From the NCBI RefSeq assembly GCF_018977255.1, contig NW_024704744.1, positions 60,698,001 to 60,762,000 of the forward strand: DNA of 64,000 nucleotides. Direction: 5' to 3'. The DNA is from Callorhinchus milii. Lineage: Eukaryota. Each line of letters opens with the position of its first letter. The first letter of the stretch is position 1. Of the stretch, positions 1 to 11,751 are shown piece after piece. Below the pieces are notes generated by a model that saw only the letters and a list, made by a program, of their open reading frames with translations, was not told where the DNA came from and searched no databases. Both the position numbers and the translations under genes were made by a program.

Positions 1-514
1 TGTACTGAAAATAGCACACTTTGTTCTGATCAAATATGCAGTTGCAAGGACAAGTAGTAATTGTGCCATATAGTTTTGAGACGGAATCAAATCCTTGGTT
101 GTCTCCCCATTTACGTTGAGCAATGCACCACCTGCAATTTAAGAATGACTGGCCTGTTCTCAAAGTTTGCCAATTCTGTTCTCTCGAGGCAAGAGTGAGA
201 GGTTGGGCTACAATTCGCCCTCTTATTTTCTATTTCCCTGTTACATGGCATCTGGCCTTCAGTCCCACCTCTCTATCCTCTGCCTCAGATAAGCATCAAA
301 CCAGTATTTCTGTTTTCTGTGGTTTTTCCCCTCCTCTAAGGTGTTTTAACAACCCATCAATAAAAACTCCAATTCCAGCAAATTTTGGGGCATGCCACAA
401 ATAATGAAACAATTCTTGTGCCACTCTCCACAGATTAAAAATGAAAAGGCTCAAAATGGTTTTAAATGGGATATTTTTACTTTAAAAAATCTACCTTGAA
501 TATCACATTTGAAT

Positions 515-690
515 AACTTTTTCACAGAAAGTGTTGTGAGGATGTGAAATGCATTGTCAGGAAGTTGTAAACGCATGACTAGTTAGGATGTTTAAAAGAT
601 AGGTGGATAGATACTTGGGTAGTAAGGATATGAAGGGATATAGAGAAAAGCCAGGGAAATTGGATTAAAATATCTGTTATTATCTAATTT
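515..690 (+). mobile_element. Degraded CR1 LINE 3' fragment
   Basis: ttttcacagaaagtgttgtgaggatgtgaaatgcattg...gataggtggatagatacttg...gaagggatatagagaaaag resembles the CR1 ORF2 end (FFTQRVVxxWNxL...FKxxLD) and 3' UTR. Confidence 0.65.
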
Positions 691-1454
691 AGAGAAAGCA
701 GTTCCCCAGATGAACAATGCCCAGATAAAATTGGCTATTCACTTCATGGCTAATCGTGGGACATGCTGTGCACAAATTGGCTGCTATATTCACCTACAAA
801 GTATACAGTCACAACACATTCTGTATATTTTGTAAGTGAACGTAATTCTGTGAAGTGCTTTGAGACCTTTCCCCGATTTGATAGTCACTGTACCAATTAT
901 TACAATTAAATGACTGAACAAATTTATCTCTTTGATCATTAAAGATGACCATTTTTGGGCACGAGGCAATCATTTTTGTGAACCAAATTCAAGTGCAGTC
1001 CAGAGTTCGGAGGTTTCCCAAGCAGGTTGATAGAAATTGGCCACCAATTCTGCTTGGAAATATTAATTTGAAGATCTCAATTTCTGCAGAACAAAGCTTG
1101 AAGAGAAGCGGAAAGCTTATAATACAGCCACATGTATTTTGATGTCCTTCCAAAATGAGCACAGTTCATGTTTCTGATTCATTTCCTCAAATAAGCAACG
1201 AGTCAACTTTCAGGTATTAAAAAAGACTTCAATTTCTCTTTTTGTTTTGAATTCAAGAAAGCTCAGCTTTTTTTCTCTGTCTGCTTTGCTAAACACATTT
1301 ATCTCATTTCTAAATTTTGAGCAGAATGGTTTAATTGTGATTCTGCAGTCCACTATGAGCAAGAATAGCCAGGATGCCACACCACACAGATGTGAGTAAA
1401 ATATTAGTGCTGCAGATAAATACTAATAATGCTTGCATTTTTATAGTGCCTTAC

Positions 1455-2037
1455 CACATTGTTGAAATGCACTTCATGGGATTTACTATGAAGTGTAGTG
1501 ACTGTGTATTTGTAGGAGAAAGAGGCAGCCAATTTGTGAACATTAGTGTCCCACAAACAGCCATGAAGTGAATACCATTTTTATTTGGAGGATTGTTGAT
1601 CAGGACACAGGGAGAAAGTTCCTACTCTTTTCGAACAGTGTAAATAGTTCAAATAGAGATCTTTAACGTTTCATTAGCCATTTGTTTTAACATTTCATCT
1701 GAAGGACGGCACCTCCAACAATCTAGCATCTGGAGTCCTGTAGCTCAGTGGTTAGAGCACTCGCTTTGCAAGCGAGAGACCTGAGTTCAATTCCAGGCAG
1801 AGGGCGAAACCTTGGGCAAGTTTCCTTACTCCACACAGAGCCTAATAATAATCTCTCCAAAACAAAAAAAAATAATAAATTGGTCATTTTCAATCTACGA
1901 CTGTTTGTGGGACACTGCTGCGCGCAACTGGCTGCCGCGTTCGCCCACAAATATACAGTCAATTCACTTTACAGTATATTCTGTGAAGCACTTTGAGACG
2001 TCTAGAAGACGTGAAAAGCGCTATATCAGATGCAAGG

Positions 2038-2077
<40 letters not shown>

Positions 2078-2290
2078 TATCTGTCTGGAAAGCTTTCCTG
2101 CTGCTTATCCAGCTAGGACCACGCCACCGTTAGGGCTTTGGCTTGCCAGGTTAACAGGAGCTGAGTGGACAGCCCCAGCACTGCACTAGAGTGTCAACTT
2201 AGAGTTCAAAGTCCTAATGTTGGGTTTGAACCCACGACTTTCTGACTCAGAAGAGAGAGAGCTACCAATTGATCTAGATTGACGCACTAT
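1455..2290 (-). mobile_element. Old Deu-domain tRNA SINE, split by a younger SINE at 1732-2080
   Basis: Reverse complement of the element at 5028-5417: gtcccacaaacagcc, catctgaaggacggcacctcc, then after the insert cccagcactgcact...tttgaaccc...ctgactcaga. Confidence 0.7.
1732..2080 (+). mobile_element. Full-length young tRNA-derived SINE (SINE2-1_CM-like)
   Basis: tRNA-Ala(TGC)-like head with A box TAGCTCAGTGG and B-box-like GAGTTCAATTCC, then ccttgggcaagtttcc, Deu-like ctgtttgtgggacactgc...ggctgccgcgtt, L2-like 3' end and a long (TTA)n tail. Near-identical copies occur elsewhere in the window. Confidence 0.92.
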
Positions 2291-2429
2291 CCCACCTTAA
2301 ATCCTAACTCATAAACTACACCTACAGTCACTCTCCCTCTTTCTCCACTCGATGTCCAACCACATCAATGTGAAGTACTCCAAAACAGTATCCTTTGTGA
2401 AGGGCACGATATAAATGCAAGTTTTTGAA

Positions 2430-2740
2430 TAATGTCATGGGCTCTTTTAACATCTATCTTAAGAACCATAGGGGCCTTACTTTAATGTCTCATCCCAAGG
2501 ACAGCAATACAATGCCACCCCCCAGCATTGCATTGGAGACTATGGCCGTTTCGCCCACAAATATACAGTCAATTCACTTTACAGCATATTCTGTGAAGCG
2601 CTTTGAGACGTCTAGAAGACGTGAAAAGCGCTATATCAAATGCAAGGATTATTATTATTATTATATGAGTCCAACTTGTACTTCAATCCACAACCTTGTG
2701 TCTCAGAGGTGAGAGTGCTACCAACTGAACCAGATGAAAC
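2430..2740 (-). mobile_element. Old Deu-SINE fragment interrupted by a plus-strand young SINE 3' end (~2545-2665)
   Basis: tttaatgtctcatcccaaggacagca...cagcattgcattggag, then the SINE tail with (TTA)n, then caaccttgtgtctcagaggtgagagtgctaccaactga. Confidence 0.7.
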
Positions 2741-4347
2741 CTACAGAGAGAATCAGGCAGGGCAGCCGGCCTCTATACCCAGCAAGTGGTGCAAATACAA
2801 TTTTATTATTTAAATAAATTTAGCGTCATCCTGAATTGGCCAAGTCCCTTTGTGCATTCATTTGAGTTTCATCTGATATTGGCTATGTTTTCGGCCAACC
2901 AATTAGATAGCTAATTGGTGTATAATTTGTAGCTGCTTTAGTTAACTTAGCTCATGGCAATCAATTTTTTAAAAGAAATCTATATTGTAAGAATTATCCT
3001 CCTTTATTTTAGAAGTAAACCATTAATTGTAAGATGTCCTCGCTTTGCGTTTTACGTGGTACTAAATGTAAATTTGCTGTTTGCTTAGATGATCACCACT
3101 TTACTGAACCAAAGGTCTGTCACAGACATTTTAGTAAAGTTTCTGTACATATATTGAGCTAGGTAATCATGTTAGAGTGGCTTTACTTTAGCAGGCTTAC
3201 TCAGCAATCTTGCAAAGGGAGGCACCAAACTTTCAAATCATTCTTGTATTTAATATAGCACCTTATCACATCATTAAGATGTCTTAAAGTGCTTCAGAAG
3301 TAAAGGTATGAAGGGACATGGAGAAAAGCAGTACAGTGGAATCTAATAAAATGGCCTTCTCCTGTTCCAATGTTCCTAGTCTCTGTTCTAATGTCCAAAG
3401 ACTATAAGCATAGAGCTGATGACACTTCAGGAAGCATTTAACAAGATCATCATAACAACTTAAAGTGCAAGTGTCTACAGAAAGAAATCTGATTGAACTC
3501 TTGACTGATGGGTTGTTGAAGGTGGATAGCAAGTTAGAATCACTGTCTCCGATTGAAAGAGGAAATAAGAAATCACTTTAAGCAGAATGCAAAGCTAAGC
3601 TTTAAGCTCTGTTTGATCGTGACGCCAAATCAAATCAAAGCAACTAGCAAAGTGATTTTCCAAATTATGAAATTGAACTTCCAAGAATTAAGAGGCCCAA
3701 ATGGAGCAGTTCTTCTCTCTTATGAGATCAAAGCTGCCGACTGTCTGCAGGCATGGGATAGTTCCCAGAGCAATTCAGGCCATACTACAATATATATTTG
3801 TGAACTTGAATAACTTTGGGCCATTTGCATTGTTGATCTGAAAACATCAGCAATGCAATTCTTTCAATTGATAATGGCCAATCTTTATGACATGCCATCC
3901 TGACAAAGAGACAGGATCCTGGCACAATCCCTCTATCTAAGATATAATAGGGAACAATTGATGGAACAGTTATAGCAAAAACAGATTTGCATCTGAAATC
4001 ACAACAACGGTTGATACACCCAGATTACTTCATCTTCATGGATTAGTGTACAATCTATAGGAAGGGGGCTAGATTCTGAAAGAATTATATGAAGGAAATA
4101 CGACTCTAGAAAAGCATGCATTCTCCAACTATATAAGTACGGCAGTGACAGAATGTATTTTGTGAGCACCGGGGGTCTTATGAAAGGCAAAAATAGAGTA
4201 TATATTATACTATATTATACTATATTGGTAACTCTATTCCTGGCTGAATGGTGATTTAAAATTTGGTGCCTCTGAGGTCTATTGCAACAGTTGGCAGATT
4301 CTTGGGTAGACTGCCTGAATTATGGGTTAGGGTTAGGGTTGAAATGT

Positions 4348-4668
4348 GGAGTCCTGCAGCTCAGTGCAAGCACTCTCTTTGCAAGCGAGAGATCTGAGTT
4401 CAATTCCAGGCAGGGCGAAACCTTGGGCAAGTTTCCTTACTCCACACGCCTAATAATAATCCCTCCAAAACCCAAAACAATAATAAATTGGTCATTTTCA
4501 ATCTACGACTGTTTGTGGGACATTGCTGTGCGCAATTGGCTGCCACGTTCGCCCACAAATATACAGTCAATTCACTTTACAGTGTGTTCTGTGAAGCGCT
4601 TTGGGACGTCCTCCTGACGTGAAAAGCGCTATATCAAATGCAAGGATTATTTTTATTATTATTATTAT
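4348..4668 (+). mobile_element. Young SINE, subfamily with gggacgtcctcc tail
   Basis: Same structure as 1732-2080. Diagnostic bases are shared with the copies at 28058-28377 and 45115-45418. Confidence 0.9.
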
Positions 4669-5027
4669 CTGAGGTAGAGAGAATCCGCTTGAACTTTTAC
4701 TGTTGGAAAAATTTGACCTCATGAGATTCACAATAAGATACAAACCTCTACACAATTTGGGACCCGTGAAATTGAGTGAATACAATTAATTTTTCCATTG
4801 GTTAACCACAACATCCTCTATTATCACTAATATGGTAAGAATTAAAGTTCCTGTGGCACTATTCAAAAAGAGATTGGAGACTCTCTCAGTGTCCTGTCAT
4901 TCACTTCATGGCTGATTGTGGGTCACTGCTGGTGTGCAAGTTAGCTGATACGTTCATCTCCAAATACACAGTCACTTCACAGTAAAATCCTGTGAAGCAC
5001 TTTGAGATGTTTCAACACTATTCTTGC

Positions 5028-5417
5028 GTCAGCTTGGCTGAGTGATTGCACACTCGAATCTGAGTCAAAAGGTTACGGGTTCAAGCCCCACATCGGGACA
5101 TGAACTCACGTAGTCTAAACTGACACTTCAGTGCAGTGCTGGGAGTATGTTGCAATGTCGAAAGTGCCTTCCTTCGGATGAGACGTTAAATTCACATCCC
5201 TTCTACCTGTTCAGGATCCCATGGCACTATTCGAAAAGAGTGTTGTTTCACCCAGTGTCCTCGCCAATAAATCCCCTAAATAATATTGGTCACTCACTCT
5301 ATGGCTGCTTGTGGGACACTGCGATGCACAACTGCCTTCTGCGTTTTGCCTACAAATATACAATCATTCCACTTTACAGTATATCCTGTGAAGTGCTTTG
5401 AGATGTCTTGACAATGC
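5028..5417 (+). mobile_element. Old full-length Deu-domain SINE (SacSINE1/AmnSINE1-like body)
   Basis: tRNA-like head (gggttcaagcccc), then ctgacacttcagtgcagtgctgggag...ccttcggatgagacgttaaa...gatcccatggcactattcgaa...tgtcctcgccaa...gtgggacactgc, typical of Deu-SINE bodies. Confidence 0.8.
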
Positions 5418-5810
5418 GGAGTCCTGTAGCTCAGTGGTTAGAGCACTTGCCTTGCAAGCGACACACCTGGGTTCAATTCCAGGCAGGGCGAAACCTTGGG
5501 CAAGTTTCCTTACTCCACACACCTAATAATAATCCCTCCAAAAAACAAAACAATAATAAATTGGTCATTTTCAATCTACGACTGTTTGTGGGACACTGCT
5601 GTGTGCAATTAGCTGTCGCTTTTCGCCCACAAATATACAACAACAACAACAAGATTCCATTTATAAAGCGCCTTTTACGTCAGGAGGACGTCCCAAGGCG
5701 CTATACGGTCAATTCACTTTACAGTATATTCTGTGAAGCGCTTTGAGACATCGAGAAGACGTGAAAAAGCGCAATATCAAATGCAAGGATTATTATTATT
5801 ATATTATTAT
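5418..5810 (+). mobile_element. Young SINE carrying an antisense 63-bp L2 3' tail (5639-5701)
   Basis: SINE flanked by an AATGC duplication (5413-5417 and 5811-5815). The inner (AAC)n...gacgtcccaaggcgc insert is flanked by a TATAC duplication. Confidence 0.88.
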
Positions 5811-6014
5811 AATGCGTTATATATGCTGTCCAAGGATTATTATTATTATAATATTAAATGCAAGGATTATTGTAAATAAATGCCTGAATGTGCAATTCCA
5901 GTTTTCCAAATCACACACTATTCTGTTCCAGATGTAAAACGCCAGAGCAGAATTTTAATTCAGGAATAATATTTTGCCTAAGCTTTCCTTTAGTTCTTCT
6001 TGTGACTAACATAA

Positions 6015-6215
6015 CTATGACCCCTAGTCACTGATACCCATACTAGCTTCCCTCTATTAACCCTGTCAAAACTGCTCATTAATTTTGTACATTTCCATCA
6101 GTTCCCCTCTCAACTTCTCTTTGCCAATGAAAATAGACCAAACTTCTCCAATCTCTCCTCATATCTAAAGTCTTTCATCCCTGGTATCACTCTTGTATAC
6201 TTCCTCTGCACCAAT
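6015..6215 (-). mobile_element. CR1 LINE ORF2 fragment
   Basis: Reverse complement resembles the CR1 motif RATKxIPG...YEERLxxLGLFSLxKRRLRGDLI. Confidence 0.75.
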
Positions 6216-8356
6216 CCAAGACCAGCAGATGAGATAGTTCAATGCAAGAGGGACCATGGTTACCTTTAGTACAACTCATTTATAAATCTCAAAGTGGTCA
6301 GTGAATGCAGGAGAAAGAACCTTCTCATCCCAAGCACAGTGCTCAATCTACTGAGCTCCATGGCATGTTATAGAAACATCATCTATGAGTTATTGAAGGA
6401 ACTAGCCACTGATTTGCATCTGGAATCACAACAAATCTACAATATTTGTCAATTTTTACTTATATTTCTTAGCTTTTTTTAAAAAAAGCATCAGTCTTAT
6501 CTAGAATCAGTAATCTATCCAACTAATGTTCCTTTACACCCACACAGCTACAAAGTTGCTTGCTAAAGACAACTAAAGCAACTGTGCTTACAAGATGAGA
6601 TTTACTGACTACAATAAATTAAATTAAAAAAGCAATACAAATGGCAAAGAAACATGAAATTATTCAGATTTTTTAGTGATTTTAGAAAATTCAAAATGAA
6701 AAAATTAAGTTTTTTTTATGTTACATATAATTTCTTAGCCATAACATCACCAATCAGGCACCCTGATCCAAGGCCTTTGTTGTTGAGATAGCTACTAAGA
6801 AGTGAGGGCATTACTCATGGACGAGTTACTCTTACATTGCCCATTCTTCACTGTCCTAAGTCTCTGCTTGCTCCCTTTCTAGACACATTTCCTCAACTGG
6901 GAATTCAACCTGTGTGAATCTGGAGCAATGAAACCCACAATCTAACCCTGCCTTTTGTAGAACGAATGTACAGCACAGCGGTTTGTAAATTCTATTAAAC
7001 ATTGTCAACATGCTTCAGCAATTCACTTACATACTTGTATAACCTGATTACAATGTACGTGTTTGAGTAGACAAACCTTCTGCTTAAAATATTCACTCCT
7101 TCACACAGCCTATACATGGAGCTAAATTAGCTACTGTGAACAACTGTTCGCAGAAAGCTAACAAACCCCTTGGCCTGGGGAGAAAGCAGCCCTTTCATTT
7201 TGGGGGGGTGGGGGTTTGGGGAGGAAAAGCAACATTTCCTTGAGGGAAGCGGGCTGTTCAGAGCTAATGAAATCCACATTAGCACTTTATTATTATGCGC
7301 ACACTTCATGGGCAGTCTGACACTCGGTGTCATTTCAGAGTGCTGAAGTAAGTAAATAAATGTTGCATGTTTTAAACATTGAGAAACTATTGGTCATTCT
7401 TGGACAAGTGGTTTTGAGGCACTGATTTTATATAGTTGGGAGTTTTTGAATTTGTGATACAAAAGGATTTGATGGTGCAATTTTAAGAGGACTCAATTGT
7501 ACAGGGAATGCTGCCCTTGTGGTCAAGTTGATCAATCAACCATCTGCTATAAGATGCAAGCATTTACGAGTGTCTGCCTAAAGGGACGGAAATAAGAACT
7601 ACTCTTGGATCAACCCACCACCTTCTGAAATCAATTTGGTTCAGCCTTGAGGTAAATATTTGTGTTTAATACCAATTTCACTTTGCAGTGATGGTCACTT
7701 AGAAGGGCATCAATTATTGCACACGCTCCATTTGCAAGAGAAAGGGAGCCTCTTAAAAGCCTATTTTCCTATTAGTGTGTACATATTGTGTGGTGGGACC
7801 GATGGGGAATGCTGAGGGAGGAAAATTTGATTACAGGCAAAGGTTTGATGTGAGGTGAATCAGGTCTGCAATACTATAATGAACATCAGCTCCTACTTCC
7901 TTACTTTACTGGTAGTGACTGTGAGAGATCGATCTGTCGAGAAGAAACTAGGTTCAAGAATGGATGAGGAGGGGCAGAAAGAGGGGTAACAATACACAGA
8001 GAAAGGAAGCAATTAGGAAGAGTTGAGCAAGAGAGAAATGAAGGCCAGGAGTGGAAGAGCAAAGGATGACATTGAGAATAATGGATACAGAGAAAAGGAT
8101 GAGGGGTAGGCAGCACACACGGTGCAAGTTTGGTTAGAAGCCCAGAAGAGCTAGAGCAGGTTTCCTTTCTATCAAAAACTACATTACAGTCTATTTTATT
8201 TAAAACAAAGTAAATTGAAAATAACTATTTAAAAAATATCGATCAGGCTTTTGTTTCTCTTTATTTCCCTTCTGCTAATTAACATTCACTCTCTCTATAC
8301 TTTTGCTATTCTTTCTCCTCTCCCCATCATGATACATGCTAAAAGCTCTTCCTTAA

Positions 8357-9010
8357 ACAACAACTTGCACTTATATAGCGCCCTCCATGCATGGTAGCGT
8401 CCCAGAGCGCTTAACAGTGGCGGAGACAGACTCCAAGCTGGGTGGGGGTTGGGGGGAGAAGTCACCTTAAGCACTGTCGAAAAGGAAGGTGTTCAGGCAG
8501 GACTTGAAAAAGGGGAGAGTGGGGGCAAGGTGGGAGAGTGTTTGAGGCATAGTGGCTGAAAGCGTGACCTCCAATGGTTGAGCGAAAGGCACGAGGGATG
8601 AGCAGGAGGCCTGTGCCAGACGAGTGGAAGTGCCGGGAAGTGGATTGGGAGTGAGGTCGGAAAGGTAGGGAAGTGGCAGAGAGTGAAGGAATTTGAAAAC
8701 CAGTGTGAGGATCTTATAATCCTTGCATTTTGATATAGCACTTTTCACGTTCTCTAGACGTCTCAAAGCGCTTCACAGAATATACCGTAAAGTGAATTGA
8801 CTGTGCGAATTGGGCGAAACGCAACGGCCAATTGCGCACAGCAGTGTCCCACAAACAGTCATGGATTGCGTGACCAAATTATTATTTTGTTTTTTTTTCT
8901 TGAGGGATTATCTTGAAGTTGATCCGTTCGGTGATGCGGAGCCAGTGGAGGCTGGCCAGAACCGGTGAGATGCGGGTACAGAGTTTGGTCTGGGTAAGTT
9001 TGCCGGCAGC
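8357..9010 (-). mobile_element. L2 LINE 3' fragment interrupted by a 5'-truncated SINE (8716-8909)
   Basis: (AAC)n tail at 8357. The minus frame gives KILTLVFK...LPYLSDL...FKSxLxTFLF and, beyond the insert, TRISPVLASLHWL, both typical of the L2 ORF2 end. An ATCTT duplication flanks the SINE. Confidence 0.85.
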
Positions 9011-9429
9011 CATAAGTAACTGCCAGACACTTTTCATGACGAACCCTTTTAACTAAGAGGTTTCCTTCAGTTAGTTTCCTTTGCTCTTTTTCTTCTGGTT
9101 CTCTCTTTAGCCTCAATGTCTTGTGGCTGTAGTTCGTTCTTTACTTCCTCCATAGACTATTAATGGTTGAGCCTTTAGCCGCTACACTCTGCTCTTGAAT
9201 AAAATGAAATGTGTGTCTGAATCATATATTGGGGTAAGGGGTAGAAAGAGTGTGAAAGGTGAAGCAGGGTCTCTGAACTGCCTGTGCCTAGATATGTCTG
9301 ACAATTAAAGCCAGGCATACCCACAGTAATTTAAAGCAGACTTAAGTGCTGTAAGATATGCTCTCAACCCTGCAAAGGAAGCTCTAAAGCATTGATGACC
9401 AATCTTTTTGGTCGGCCAACAAAATAAAG

Positions 9430-9501
9430 TTTCTTGATTGAACATATCTTGATTTATGGAATAAATCAGTGCAATGAATCAAGAAATATTCAATCAAGAA
9501 A
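9430..9501. other. Near-perfect 72-nt hairpin
   Basis: Arms 9430-9454 and 9477-9501 are complementary at 23 of 25 positions. Confidence 0.85.
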
Positions 9502-11751
9502 AGCCTGGAAACGTACTACCCATCCAAAACAGATTCGCCAAATCCAGTGCAAATGCTCGAGGTGTCGGGGGTGGGGGGGGGGCTTTGTGCCGTAGTTTGT
9601 CTGACACTAATGGATAGGGTGGGTCTGTCTCGACAAACATGATGGCTGCATAATTTCCTATTTTGTTTTAATTAGTATACCAACTAGTATCATCTGTCAA
9701 TGAGCAAAGTTGAGATGCCTATTTTTAATGTTTCAGTGGGCTATCTAGCTTCCATTTTCTTGTTATTTCAATCTTTCCTTGGAGATAAAAATCTTCTACA
9801 CATAGACTATTCACTACACCTTACAGTAAATCCTGTCAATCACTTTGAGATGTTTTGATGAACTGATAAGGTTCTATATAAGGATTATTATTATTTCATG
9901 AAAAGGTGTCAAAATACATAATTGTCTCTTGAAATGAATCAAGGGACATCTGGCTCTTCTCACATGACAGTAGTGCTTCTTTACTAGAAATGCTGGAGAA
10001 TATTCTATGCATTAGTCACAGAAATTATGTGACTCATCATTTTGGTCAGCCAACATGACATGAAAATGTAAATTTGTATTGTGTATTGTATTGTTAATGT
10101 GTGTACAGGTCAGAGCGAAGAATGTTAGAAACAAATTGAAGCAGCTAAGATGTTACTCAGGCTTCTCTCCCCTCCCCCTCGTGCTGTGTTTCCAGTCCCA
10201 GCCATGTCACTGTGTCAGGCCATGAGCCCAACCCAAGGGACCATCAATCTAAAGCTGCTCTTGCTCTCCCCCTCGTGGTCCCTGGTGGAGCTGCTTTACC
10301 AGAGACCAGCAGCAAGTTATCTGCTTGGTTTGGGACAACATGAGAAAAATAAGGGGGGAGGTAATAGTAATCAAACTTATATTGTACTGTGTTTATATTA
10401 CGGAGAGTGAGAAGTCTGATTTGTACTTCCTGCTCTAAATGGAATACCATTAAGATATTAACAACTAATTCTGGAGTTCTGCATGCATGCACAGAACACT
10501 GAAATCAGGTGGTTTTGTTTATATGATTTGAAAGCTGGCATGCAACCAACTCTTTAAATAATATTACAAAATGGTCTGTTTGAAAGTTCTTGGGGGCAAT
10601 TGGACCACCTGGAAGCTTTCCATTGAAAGTAGGGAAACAAGCCCATTGGGACTCACACCAGGCACACAATGCAGCGGATACCAATGATACTGGCCCTGAA
10701 ACCACCTCCTTCAACTTTGATTTATACCACATCATTTATGGCCAAATGAGCAGTATATTCTCAGGGTTTAAAACAATTGGTGGTTAAAATACATTACTTT
10801 AGTCTACAATATGACTTAAAATAATGCCATTTGGGCACACAATTGGTAAAATACAAAAGTTATGTGATAAAGGTGAAATATTAAATACTAAAATACTTAA
10901 TGCTCCTTCCCAAATCCTTGAAATAAAAATTCCCAAATAAAAACAACTTTGCTCCTTTGAACTAAAACAGTCGCACACTGTGACTCAAGTGGAAGATGTC
11001 TTTGGTGAAAAACATTCTCTGGTCAGCACTTGTTTATTCATGGATATATAATAGTGTTCAGACCTCTGCTGCCTGTTTCCTGTAAGATATTGTTTATTAG
11101 TCGTACACTTGTGCAAACATGGCCTCCTGCTGGGGAAAGGCTTCCCGTGCTATGCCTCACTAAATCCACGGCCGGGGTTCATTAACACAGCAGGAACACC
11201 AGGATTTGGCTGCTCCCTGTTACTCTGCAGCAATGTACACAGGAATCACTGTGAAGGAGCTGGTAGCCTAGAGCTAGCTACCAAGGAAACTGCTGTCACA
11301 TCCATAGAGTAATAATAGAAAAAAAGTTTTTTAAAAATCTTGTGCACAACTTACTTTTTTTAAAATAATTAATGCACAATGAAAGTGGCCTTTTTAAAAT
11401 ATTGATGCATAATTAAATTCCAACAGATAAACATGAAAAATAAATATCCATTTTTCTCTAGCATTTGTAAATAAAGTTCTATATATTTACAATATCTCGA
11501 TAAACATGGTGGTTGCATAATTTCCCATTTTATTTTAATTTGCACTGTGAAGGCGACCAGAAAAACCATGGGCAACCCTTCAATCTTGTTTTAAGTTTGA
11601 AGGTGTGCCCTCCCTGAGTTGAAAGCAAGTGGGGTTCCAATATTGCACTGACTAATTGTTGAGTGAAAAATCAGGAACAGTGAGTGACCCAAGGAATGCC
11701 ACTACATCAGATCATTCATAACACACCTTTACCTAAGTCTATATTTTTAAC

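Noticed and set aside
1732-1805. tRNA-Ala(TGC)-like genes (also ~5418, ~28305, ~45345, ~46201)
   Set aside because: They are SINE heads: the acceptor stem is not properly closed and they run into SINE body and tail.
1812-2189. Recurrent ORF family MGKFPYST...NWSFSIYDCLWD (also 4282, 28006, 45011)
   Set aside because: Translations of near-identical SINE copies, not a protein family.
4324-4340. GGGTTAGGGTTAGGGTT telomere-like repeat
   Set aside because: Under three units; too short to call an interstitial telomeric site.
9300-9430. Possible degenerate Penelope/Neptune-type end
   Set aside because: Only a vague resemblance; the hammerhead core boxes are not intact.
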